Source: Macrostomum hystrix (lineage: Eukaryota; Animalia; Platyhelminthes). Taken from it: DNA of 64,000 nucleotides. The stretch covers positions 16,802,001-16,866,000 of the forward strand of contig CATNEN010000038.1 of NCBI GenBank assembly GCA_950097015.1. The letters run 5' to 3'. The translations under genes were made by a program, and so were the position numbers. Within the stretch, counting starts at the first letter, position 1; every line of letters begins with the position of its first letter. The notes beneath the pieces are model-generated. The model was given only the letters and a program-made list of their open reading frames with translations. It was not told where the DNA came from and made no database searches. Shown one piece after another: positions 1-12,000 of this stretch.

Positions 1-3000
1 AACCGAATCGCCGGATGTCTGCGCTGAAAAGTTGACGGTGTGCGTCACATAGAGCTTCGGATCCAGCGAGTGAAGGAAACTCTTTGCCACGGCTGTCTTC
101 GAGGTCCCGGTTGGTCCGATCAGCAGGCAGGGCACATTGTTGGCTAGCAGGCGGTTCAAGAAGTAGCTCTCAATATGGGTCTGGACTACTGGCACAATGA
201 TCTCCTGAATGGGCTTGGTCTTCACCTCCTCTTCGATTTCCACGGGTTTGATCTGGCTGCTCCACTGGGTCCAGGAACCGAACGGCTTTGTCACGTACAC
301 GTGATCGAACACCGTTCCTCGCTTGGGTATGAGCAGGTTTCTAGCGCACCTGAGACCTTTCGGCCGCGGATAGGGGGCGGTGTTGCCTTCGGGCATGTCG
401 CAGAGTTCGCGGAAGAACTGGTCGAACACCTCGCGACCGTGCTGATCCAGCAGGCTGCCAGTGCCCCAGACAACAGCGAAGAAGAAGTTGCTCAGCATGA
501 CGTTGCTGCGCTCGTCTTCAATCTTCTGCGCCGATCTGGTCGGCTTTTTAACAAGTTCTGGATTCTCGGAGTCGAACTCGAAGTCATCGTCGTCATCCTC
601 CTCCTTCTCGCCGATAAGTCTAGACAAAAAAGGTAGGTAATAGATTAGTACAATTATAAACTTTGTATCTTTATTCAGAATTGTAGATTGTGCAGTCACT
701 CACTTGAGGTCTTGCAGGAGGGCAGAATACAGGTTGAGAACGCTCATAGTCATGTGATTGGGATTCACAGGTATCGGCAGCAGACATGAGCGTCCAAAAA
801 AGGCCAGACAGGGCGGCAGGATCCAGTTAAACAGCAGGCGAATCTGCCTGGCCTGTTCTGGGCCAACTTCCGGTGGCAGCTGGTAGCGCAGCCAGGCATC
901 AACCAGCGGCTGGTGGGTGAGCTCCCGGACCTCCATGTAGACCATACCGCAGCGGCTAACAGTGGCAGGGCTGGCTTGGTCCAAATCCCTGGGCTCAAAT
1001 ATCATGTTCTGTCTAGGCGACATTTGAATTATTTCGCCAGACATCAGACACAGCTTCCGATTGTCATCCAGCACAGTGTTCATGTTCTCGATCCAGACAG
1101 CGTCCACTGGGCCGTCGAATACAATCCATTTGCGCTCCTCTTGATAGGAGGCTGCGTGTTCGCGAAATATGTTGGCCAGAACGCCTGCAAAGTGACATTT
1201 CCGGTATTGGAATTAATCTACGACGCTATCACAAGCTATAAACTTTAACGTTAATATTACCGAAGAAGATAAACTTTTCCTCAGAAACAGGACTTTAATC
1301 TTACGTACTTAATCTCCAAACAAATAAAAATAAGAGTTGTCATTTCGCTTGAAAAAATACCCCAATAAAACTAATGTTTGTAAACACGGTACATAATTTT
1401 ATGACGCGTAGACCCAGCGTATGAGAGACAATTCTGCCCATTCAGCTGACTCCTGAGCACACACATTCAGATGCCGTCCGCAGCTACATACACTCAGCAA
1501 CATTAAAAACCGCCACCCTAGAGCGAGGGAAACGATTCATCTCAACTCACTACCACAAATGACGCAATGTGCACCTGAGAGAGAGGTGAAAAACCGCGAA
1601 TGACGCAATGCACTCTGCTCACCCACCCTGACTCCGTAAGCAGAGAAACGAAAGAGAGTCAAACTACCTGACAGTAGCATGGAAATTCGGGTGTGTTAAT
1701 AAATAACTGCTGCCTCCAGTGAATTCGCTGCATCGCCCACAGCTCTCGTGTGGCGCTGTGAGCAGGCGTCAGTCGGGGGCGCTTGCGCATCTTCCGGCAG
1801 CGCAGCCCATGCAGCCGCCCAAATTCTCCCTCGAATTGTTTGGGCGCTCAAGATGTTCCCGCGCCTGCTTCTTTCACCCCAGATGAGTCGAAGCAATGTG
1901 GCAGGTAAGGTGGGGTTTCCAGCAGTCGCCGATCAGCCCTTGCTGTGCTCCGCAGATGACGGCGCTGGACTCCACGACTTGCGTGCGCGACACTGCCAGT
2001 GTCTCTGGACTTCTGCAAAAGGCTGCGAATCGTCGAACGTGATCTGCCGAACTGACTGGCTACTGCTCGGATGGACATTCCGGCCTCAAGCATGCCTATG
2101 GCTCGCCATCGTTCACCATCGGTCATGTGGCGGACCATTTTGGAGATAACGAGTAAATAAGGAGTAATGCTGGTTACTCGTTAGCTGCATTTTGACTGAG
2201 TGTGCTAAATCATCCATTTTGAACTTCGCGATAACCCTTTACCCACCCCCACTCTCCCACGGTAGCTCTCCTTGCAGTCAGGTGCACATTACGTAATTTG
2301 CGGCAGTGAGTTGAGATCAACCGTTCCCCTCGCTCTAGGGTGGCGGTTTTTAATGTTGCTGAGTATCCTCGCACAGGTGTGTACATCTGCCTTGACTTGA
2401 CTCACCTGACTCTGAGTGAAGTATATTTAGTTTCTTCCTTTTCACAGCCCCAAATTATGTACTGGTTGTAACGTTTGATACAATCTAAGTTAAGCGTCGC
2501 AACACAACAGGTGAGAGCCTAAGGCCGTACCATCAGTCCACTCATGCGACACTGGATCGAACCGACCATAGAGTTGAGCCATGCTAACAGCCTTGGGATT
2601 GATAATTCGAAAGTCCACAGGTAGTTCGCGCATGCCGCAGTCGGCCTGTTCGTGGATCTTTCGCAATGCCAGCGCCAGAGTCCGAATGGCGGAGGTCTTG
2701 CCGGCGATCGTTTCGCCGACAACCATCAGGCCGTGCCGCACCAGCACCATGTCGTAGAGCTGCAGCAGCTTCTGCTCAAACCAAGGCACGCACTCGAGTT
2801 TCAGCTCTGAGGCAGCTTCTTGCAGCTTCTTGCGCAGCTGATAGTAGTCGGGCACCAGGTGGGAAACTCCAGGAAACAAGTCAGATAAGATGCCCTCGAA
2901 CAGAGGTATGTCAGGCGATAGGAACTGAGGAATTGGTGAGCAAGAGAATAAACAGATGGAGCATCAAAACAGTAAGTAGGCTTTAAATGAGTACTTTATT

Positions 3001-6000
3001 AAGTTACGCTGGTAGATTATAATTTATGAGCTAAAAAGTTTTCTTATGCCGACGATCTTAATTACTCGTATATCACGATAATTAGCATTTACCTTAGGCA
3101 AATTAATGTCAACAATGGCCTTCAGAACTAGCTTCTCTTCAGCGTCATCCACAAACTTTCGCTTCATCTGGCCAGCAGCCGTGAGTACAGACTTCACAGC
3201 TCGCATGCCGTAGTCGTAGTGATTCTGCGATGACAGCTGCTCGGAGCACAGCTTGTAGGTCGCGACGATCTTAGCTGACAGAGACTGGGCAGCCACAAAG
3301 CCCATGCTGTAGAGAGAGATCTCAGCAATCAGCGCATAGTCCGGGATCATCATGCTGACTGTGCGGAAGAGCACCTTCAAATTGTCGGGCAGCTCAGCTC
3401 GGCCAGCGTATCCTGTCATTCATAACGGATTAAAAATAATTCCAATCTATTCGGTAAGCCAAGCCTTCATAAGATTTTATACTGGTCAACTGTGCTCAGG
3501 TCCACATAGCTCACCCGGGTTCATTGTGATGAATATGGTGCAGGACATGTTCAGGCGCAGTTTGGTGCCTTCAAAGTAGAACTCCTCGGTGCGGTCAGTG
3601 ATGGCCCGCTGGATGCTTTGCACCTGCTGAGCGATCACGGACAGAACCTCCAGCTCGATGCGGTTGAACTCATCAAAGCAGGCCCAGGCACCGGACTGGG
3701 CAAGGCCCTTGAAAAACTTGCCCATGGCCTTATAGTCGAGCCCGTCTGAGCAGTTGAACACCACGCACTGCTTGGCTACGGCCTTGGCGAGATCTTTGCA
3801 GGTCTCAGTTTTGCCGGTGCCTGATTATGAGTAGCGGTGGTTTCATCTCAAACTGGCAAATATTTTAGCAAGCAAACACAGGAAGTTATTCAACTATTTT
3901 TTAGTTAATTCCACACGAAGGAACTCGCTCAGCCTACCTGCCGGTCCCTCGGGTGCTCCACCCAGGTTAAGCTTTAGCGCTCCCATCAGAGTGCAGTAGC
4001 AGCGATCAGTGAGCGGCGTGATTACCAGCCGTGGCGTGTTGCCCAGGTACTCGAATCCGTACGGCACCTCCGTAGTGACCATGCGGACGAGCAGGTCGTC
4101 ATCGATCCAGTAGTACCTCAACTGGGAGGTCCAGCTGAATTCCTGAGGACTCGTGGTGCCCAGTTGGTGCAGCTTGCGGACGACATCGCGAGCTTCAGGG
4201 GAAGACGAAAAACGTTTTTGCGGAGAAATTCATGCTTAATATTAGTACCAGCTGGACTTGAATTTATTTGTACAAATGCGAGCAGTTTTGTATGAACATT
4301 GTATAAACTTTAGGGCACAAAGAACTATAGAATCAAGAGCTGATTTAGGTCGGATAGTACAAATAACTCATATTTTTGTACTTCTAATATCCAATTTTCA
4401 TCTACTCGCTAACACACGCAAGAGGGGGTGAGTAGCAGAGCGGTTATTTTGTTTGCCTCTCACACCAATGTCCCTGAGCTCGATTCCGCGGCGAGGCCAC
4501 ATTCATTCGGAGCGCAGCCGTGGAGAGAAGTCTTTGGAGCTTGTCGTGCAATTGGACCCTCCAAACTCCAAGGCACAGTGAAGTGTACACTACCTAACGA
4601 TGAGAAAGTCAGGGCAGATGTACACACCTGTGTGAGCGTATGCCTGCGTACAGTATGTGTGCTTGTGTGCTCAGGAGTCAGCGAAATGGGCAGAATTGCC
4701 TCCTCGCTGGAAGGGGAGGCTATTGTCACCAAGTTATTCTGTGACACATGCAAGACCTAAAAATGTAAATTCCAAATAAACATTCCATAAAACTAAACAC
4801 TCAGTAAGCTGCACATGCTACTTGCAGTAGCAGTAAGTAATAATGTATAATTAAAGTATTAAAAATTTGAAACCAAATGCGCTGTCACCTACCGTGCACA
4901 TCAATCACAATTAGCGCCTCGAGTGTAATTCGCGTCATTGACGACAGCTGTCCTCGCACCAGGCTGACAATCTCGTCGATTCGATTGAGCGATCTGAGCA
5001 GGTACTGGCTCAGGCCGTCCTGTTGCGTCATGGCGACTGCCACCTCGGATGTCCAGTGCACGATGGACGCGGAAAGTACAACCTGACCGGGCCAGCGGGT
5101 CACCCAGTCCTTGCGGTCATGCGGCTGGTAGGCCTCAATAGCCTTGCCCGTCACGCAGCGCAGGCTTTTCATCATCACGGTCTCGACCTGAAAAGCATTG
5201 GAGCATTGGAGCTTGTAGCTGCGAACTTCAAACAGAAACAGACGGATCGATTTTACAAAGTTTTTGGAAGCGTCGCGCAAGAGCTGCGGCTGTGCCACTA
5301 AAAATAATAGTGATAATTGCTGGAGGTCTGCGGGCAATGGCACATCATTTGGTGACACAAGACCCGCAGGCAGTTCCGCTGACTCTTGAGCATACACGCA
5401 CACACACAGGTGTGTACCGGGTACATCTGTCCTGACTTGCTCATCGTCAGGCAGTGTGCTTATTCACTGTGCCTTGGAGGTTGGCTCTCAAGGGCGTGAA
5501 TTGTACGAAAAGCGTTAACCGCTCTGCCACTCACCTCCGGCTGTGCCACTGGCTTTAAAACGGGCCCAAATGGGCTAGGTGTGATTTATATCTTATTCTA
5601 TCTATAACTATTCTGAGCACAACAACTATTCCCAAAGTCTCACCTCCAGAAGCCAGACTTCCACCAGGCCCTGGGCTTGCGCTGGCACAACTCGGGTCAC
5701 AAAGTCCACCCGCTCGTTCTCGGCCGATACCATTGCTGTGATCTCCTGCTCGCTGGTGAAATTCAGTCTGGCGATGCCTTCGAAGCATTTCTTCAAGTGC
5801 GGCTGCACTCTCAGCGGGTCCTTCGTCTCGCTAAGAATCTCCAACAGTTCATCATTGGACAGGAAGAAGAAGCGCGAGAAGAATAGACGCTTCTGCTCGA
5901 GGTAGTCGTTGAGGCCTTTGTGAATGACTTCCAGCTTCTGGTGGCACTCCTGGAGCCGCTCCAGCATTTCCTCTTGCGATGTCACTGCGATGGCATTGGC

Positions 6001-9000
6001 ATTTTTTGCAGCGTAGCTCATAGTTTTCGTCCAGTGGGTGTTGACCTCTTCAAACAGCTGGCCCTCCTTCGGTATCTGGCGTCGTATGTCGGCGGAGCTG
6101 AAGATCGGCTCTAAATAAAGCCACGAACTTTGCACTTTTAGCCAGCAGTCCAGGATATCTTTCATGCGGTGCTAGAACGGATTGCGGTTTGGACATATTT
6201 TTCGCAGATAAAATCAGATTTTTGTGCATGTTTTGGTCAACAAAACTCCCCCAACTTCCGCTTACCAGAAAGGCACTCCAGCGAGTCACTTCCTGTTTGA
6301 AAGGCCCAATGAAAGGCGAGTTCAGCATTGTTGTAGTCTTGACAATGTGATCATCGAGCAACACCTGGACCTCGTCGAAAGCAGCCAGAACACTGAGACC
6401 AGTGTCCTTGTACGGAACGAAGGTAAAGTTCATATCTCGCCAGCCAGTCTGCATCACCTTGAGCGCCTTCTCCAGGGAAAACTCTTTCGTTGCCTTCTGT
6501 GAAATATTGCTAAGTTGTTCCAGGTGCTTCTCCAAATTGAGGCTCAGGTAGCTAGAAAGAGGTGTGTCCGCCTGAGGTTGGATGTTCTGTCCGACAGCTC
6601 GCGACATGGCCTGCCAGTGGCGCGACTTCAGACCCGGGTTGCAGAGGGCCCGCACCAGCGGCAGATTGATTTTGAACTTCTCCAGCCGGGCCTTCATGGT
6701 GGCAGCGCAACGCATTGGCCCTTTGAAGTCCGGGTGAGAGAACGCCTTGGTCAGGCGGTAGGCAGTTTTCCACAGAACTTCCACCTGCGTTGGTTTGTCG
6801 TTAATGTGCTGGTTATTATAAAGTGCATTAATGAGAGTTTACATAGCAGGGGGGTTGTAGCCTAGTTGGTTAGAGCGTTAGACTCACGACTTGAAGGTCG
6901 GGGTTCGATTCCCGATTGTGCCCTTTAGCAAGATGCTTAACCCTGCATTGTTTCAGTTCACCTAGCTGTTAAAAGCATTAGCTGGGAAATTGAGGGTGGG
7001 TTAGGCGTCTCCACCAGTCCATGGACTGAACAGCCGTACGCAGCCTTCAGATGCGCCACACAATCAATAGCTGCGGCTGTGCTGTCAGCTGCTCATCCGG
7101 TGCAAATGTGCAGGTGTAATCAAATTATATTTTGTTATTATTACTATTGTTATAGAGTTTTCATGGAGTCATGACCTAGAGGTCTGAAGTTCGAATCCCA
7201 GTCTGGATGAAACACTTTGAGCGAGATGCCGATTCCCCACTGCCCAAGCTCACTCAGCAGTAAAATAGGGACCAGCGGCAGCAGGGTAGAAATTTTTATG
7301 GCTGGGGCAGCCTCGACCAGTCCACGGACACTACGCAGTGCTTCAGTGTTAGGAAATGTCGGGTGTCGGAACCAAACGGGTTTGGTGTACTTTCTTAATC
7401 TGTTCGATCTGCCCTATCTTGATGTTGCGTAGAAAAGTAAATAATAATACTTCCTGGCATCATCATATATCTGAGCGAAATGGTAAAAGTTGAATTGGCT
7501 ACTGATTGACATCCGATATACAGTACGACGGTTTAGACAGACTGTTATTATTATGCATTCCCTGAGTAATCTGAAAGCAGACCACAATATCCCGCTCTAC
7601 CAAGACCGTCGACAGCTAATAAATTATCCAATTGAATATTGAAAATGCGTCTTCCCCGCAGTCATCAATATTACAAAGCCGTGCAGAGAAAATTTCCGCC
7701 ATCAACAATGGACCTGAACTGACAGGTAAACAATAAAAAAATCTCATTGCGCCGAGGGCGTTTTCGGTCGTCAATGTGACTTCCCGGCTGGTGGGCCAGG
7801 CAGTCTATATATTGCCATTCATTGCAGCGCATTAAAAAAACTATAAAAAGTGTGGATTAGAGGAGGCTAAATTCCACAACCCCATGGCAACACAGGGCTG
7901 CTATGAGCTGGTTTCGACAACGCATTGTGCTCTCAAATCGTTTTCAATGGGAACCAGAACTGCTAGGGCTGAAGTTGAAAGAAAGATGAGAAATAAAAAA
8001 GGAAGGGAGAGTTTTAGAGGCCGGACTGGATTTTTCTACTCCTTCGCAATGAGACGGGGACCTCAGGGATCCGCTCCGTCTCACCTAAGATGCTGCATGG
8101 AGAGGCTGCGGTAGAATGAAAATTAATGAAGGCTGCGGAGTTTCTCACACACACAAAAGACGGCTTGGCAACAATGCTTTGAGCAACAAAATTCTTCTTC
8201 AGGTGGCATAAGAGGCCAATGAAAGTCAAAGCCTTAGTAACTAGAGCTTCAATATTTTTCTCAGGCGTTCTAGCGAGGCATTGAAAGTTTAACTGTGCGA
8301 GACCATTGGGGCAGTGCCAAACTGTCTTTGATTTTGACGGAGAATTTTTAATAGGCTAAAGCTTGGCAAATCGATTAAAAAATGGACCCAGGAAGGTCCA
8401 TTTTCTGCTTTAGGAGCTTTTACACCTTATTTAAGCTTTGTTTTTTATATAAAACTGAGTAGCGTAACCTGCTTTTTACTGGCAGTAAACCATCCCTGGC
8501 TTATAATGTGTGGTGAATTTCATCCCTGATATCTGACCTCTATTCGCTCTTTTGTTCTCCGCACTTATCTTGCTTAACTCGTCCTGTTTAATCCAGTTCT
8601 TTCTATCTCTTTCCCTTCCTCCTCTCTGATTGGTCGCCAAGTCAATCCCTACCCCTACTGATAAGCATTCTTATTTTATAACCCTCTGTCTAGCTTATCT
8701 CTGCTCGCTGGTCCCTCATTCTCTTTCCCCTTCTACTTTCTGATTGGTCGTGACGTCAACCCCTCCTGATAAAACATTTTTATTCTCTAAGTCTAACCAT
8801 CCTCGTCTAGCCTACACCCTTAGCTTTTGTAAAAACGAAACACTGCCAACATGATAATTACTATTTTAAAAGGCTTCTTACAGGCCGGTAATTTAATCAA
8901 TCATTCTCTATTTTCTCGACATCAATTTGAGTTCTGAGGCATTAAAACACAATTTTACGAACCTCCTCTTCGACAATCTCAGCATCGACCTGCAGCATCG

Positions 9001-12000
9001 GGCCGGATATCCAACTCTCTGAGCACTGCTGAAACCTGAGCAGTCCGCGCCACAGCCTCTCGTACGGCTCCTTGAGGTTGTGAATCTCCTGCAGCTGAGC
9101 GTACTGAGTCTGGTTGCCGGTGTTCAGCAGCAGCTCCTCACGGTTGATTCGGTTCTTCTCCTCTGTGCACTCGTCCAGCGCCTTCTGAATGTTGTCCAGC
9201 TCTTCAACATAGATTGACGCGTCCGAGATGATGATCTTGGAGGCGAAGTTCTTTACGTCCTGTTTGAGATTCATGAGCCTGTCAACGAACAAGGTCATGG
9301 CTCGCTTCAGCCGGCTCGTGGCCACGTCGTGCTCTTTGTTTAGCTTGAACTCGCTGTTCTCAATTAGCGGCATAATCTTCACTGGCCACATGAAGGTTCG
9401 CTTGTAAAGCCGAATGTCGTCTCTGGTCAGGTGGGCGTAGTCCATCAGGAACAGCAGATTGTCAGCCGCTTTCTTTAGCTGGGACTGGATTAGAAAACAT
9501 ATTTTCGTTATTTTTTCTACGAAATTGAAATTGAAAGCGATGAAAGAGACGACTCACCTGCAGATCAAGTAGTTCGTCAACCGTCAGATTATCGACATAC
9601 TTCTGAAGATCCACTAGTTCCTTGGTTGTCTCTGACTGTCGCGTTATTCTCTTCACAATGTCATCATAGTGATTGCAAATGTCATCGCAGAAAGTGCGAG
9701 TGCCGGAAACAACGTTGTTGACCAGCAGAGAAATGAGGTAGTCTGCACGTGCTAGCAGGGACTCATTCAGGTGCGAGCAGTCGAGCAGGAACAGGTGCAT
9801 CGGGACCAGATCCGGCAGGACAGCCAGCTGATCCCGCAAAGCTTTGAGCTTTTCGATCTCCTTGACGTAGTCTCGGAGGTTCCTCTCTCGGCTGATAAAC
9901 TTGAGTATCTTGCCTTCTGTAGTGCGGCTGATGATGTACTGGAACTGCTGGTACCTCAGCTGGTACTTGGCAGGGCCAGGCATGTTCGCAGCCACCGCCC
10001 CTATCAGGCGGCGCCGGCAGTCGCTGATGAAGTCCTCCTCCAGGCCCACACTCGGCAGGCTGCCCAGCTCGCCTCTCTGCTCAGATGTGAGCACAAACAG
10101 ACGGCTCTCAATGCGCGGAAAGCTCTCAGTGGTTCGAACAATAGAATCCACTGTGGAGCATAGAACATTGTTAATTGTCTCCTGCGTCGGTTGCAAATCG
10201 ATCACTTCAGTCTCGAGATCGATTTCCTAAAATTTGATTTAATTTGAGCTCTTTATAGACTGCACTGAAGCATCGATTAAAATAAGTATTGCATTTGCTT
10301 CATGCCGCTTCAGAAAACTCTCCAAAACAACCACTACATAAGTGCTCATCGCTCTAATCCAGGGGTCGGCAAACTCAGCCGGCCAGCGAGCAAGATGCGG
10401 CCCTCGAAGCTCCCAAAGCCGGCCCGTTGCCCCTGTCGAGAACTTCAGTATCCTGTTTCATCTTTCCCCTGTCTCATCTCTCCTTGGTCTTGTCTCTCCC
10501 GTGTCTCATCTCTCCACGGTCTCATTTCTCCCCTGTCTCATCTCTCCCGTATCTCATCTCTCCCGTGTCTAGTCTCTCCCATGTCTTATTCTCCGCTGTC
10601 TCATCTATCCCGTGTCATCTCCCCGTCATCTCTTCTATGTCTCATCTCTCCACTATCTCAGATTTCTACAGTCAATGCGGCCCGCTGTCGTCTTTTAGGT
10701 TCTCTCGTTGGCTCGCAAGCTAATAAGTTTGCCGACCCTGCTCTAAGCTGTGGTCAATAAAAATTTTTGCATTTTGAAACAAACCCAACCTACGGATCGA
10801 TTTATCCGATGACAAAGGATTTCCTCCTACCTGCAATGTCCTCCTACCTGTAATGTCCTCCTACCTGTAATGTCCTCCTACCTGTAATGTCCTCCTACCT
10901 GTAATGTCCTCCTACCTGTAATGTCCTCCTACCTGTAATGTCCTCCTACCTGTAATCTCCTCCTACCTGTAATCTCCTCCTACCTGTAATGTCCTCCAAA
11001 CTGTAATGTCCTCCTACCTGTAATGTCCTCCTACCTGTAATGTCCTCCTACCTGCAATGTCCTCTTAAGTGTCACGTCATGTTATCCTGAGTTCTTGACC
11101 CTCGTTCTTGACCCTGGCTCTACCCTCGTCCCATGTAAATACGAGTAGTAGCATTTTTACTAATTATACTCACGAGAAAGACTCGAAATAAATTCGGAAG
11201 CTGTGGTAGAGCCAGGTCGCAGGTCATTGTGTAGTCACCCTCATAGCTGTTTCCAGCCAGGTAGATTTCCAAAAGCTGGACCAAATCGTTGCAGGTCAAC
11301 TCCGCCGTCATTCGCGTACACTTCGACATCACCTGGGCTATGCAGTCGAAAAAGCTGTTCATGCGATCGGCCCGTAGTTCCTGAGAATATACAATGAACT
11401 TTGTTTATCCATATTAGGGTCTTAAGCACTGCTTCTAAGAACGAGCCAGGTTTGCTTTTTAATTGCGTTTTAAAACAGCTCACAGCTCGACATAATTAAG
11501 GTACAATGTACAGGGACAGGTGTCCGGAGACACAGATGGGAGACACCTGTCCCACAGGAGACGGGTGTCAGGAGACGGGTGTCAGGAGACGGGTGTTAGG
11601 AGACGGGTGTCAGGAGACGGGTGTCAGGAGATGGGTGTCAGGAGACGGGTGTCAGGAGACGGGTGTCAGGAGACGGGTGTCAGGAGACGGGTGTCAGGAG
11701 ACGGGTGTCAGGAGACGGGTGTCAGGAGACGGGTGTTAGGAGACGGGTGTCAGGAGACGGGTGTCAGGAGACGGGTGTCAGGAGACGGGTGTCAGGAGAC
11801 GGGTGTCAGGAGACGGGTGTCAGGAGACTGGTGTCAGGAGACGGATGTCAGGAGACAGGTGTCATGTGTCAGGTGTCAGGTGTCATGTGTCAGGTGTCAG
11901 GTGTCAAGAGACAGGTGTCAGGAGACAGGTATCAGGAGACGGTTGTCAGGAGACTGGTGTCAGGTGTCAGGTGTCAGGTGTCAGGAGATAGGTGTCAGGT

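Noticed and set aside
175-636. Plus-strand ORFs overlapping dynein exons, and antisense ORFs over PKC and DNTTIP1
   Set aside because: Shadow frames of GC-rich coding exons with no recognisable motifs.
6848-6920. tRNA genes (also near 24378, 44390-44463, 50357)
   Set aside because: A and B boxes are present but acceptor stems do not pair, and most continue into shared SINE bodies, so these are SINE heads.
7270-8530. Single large hAT element in the long dynein intron
   Set aside because: The CAGGG-type ends are only weakly complementary, with no TSD and no transposase remnant.
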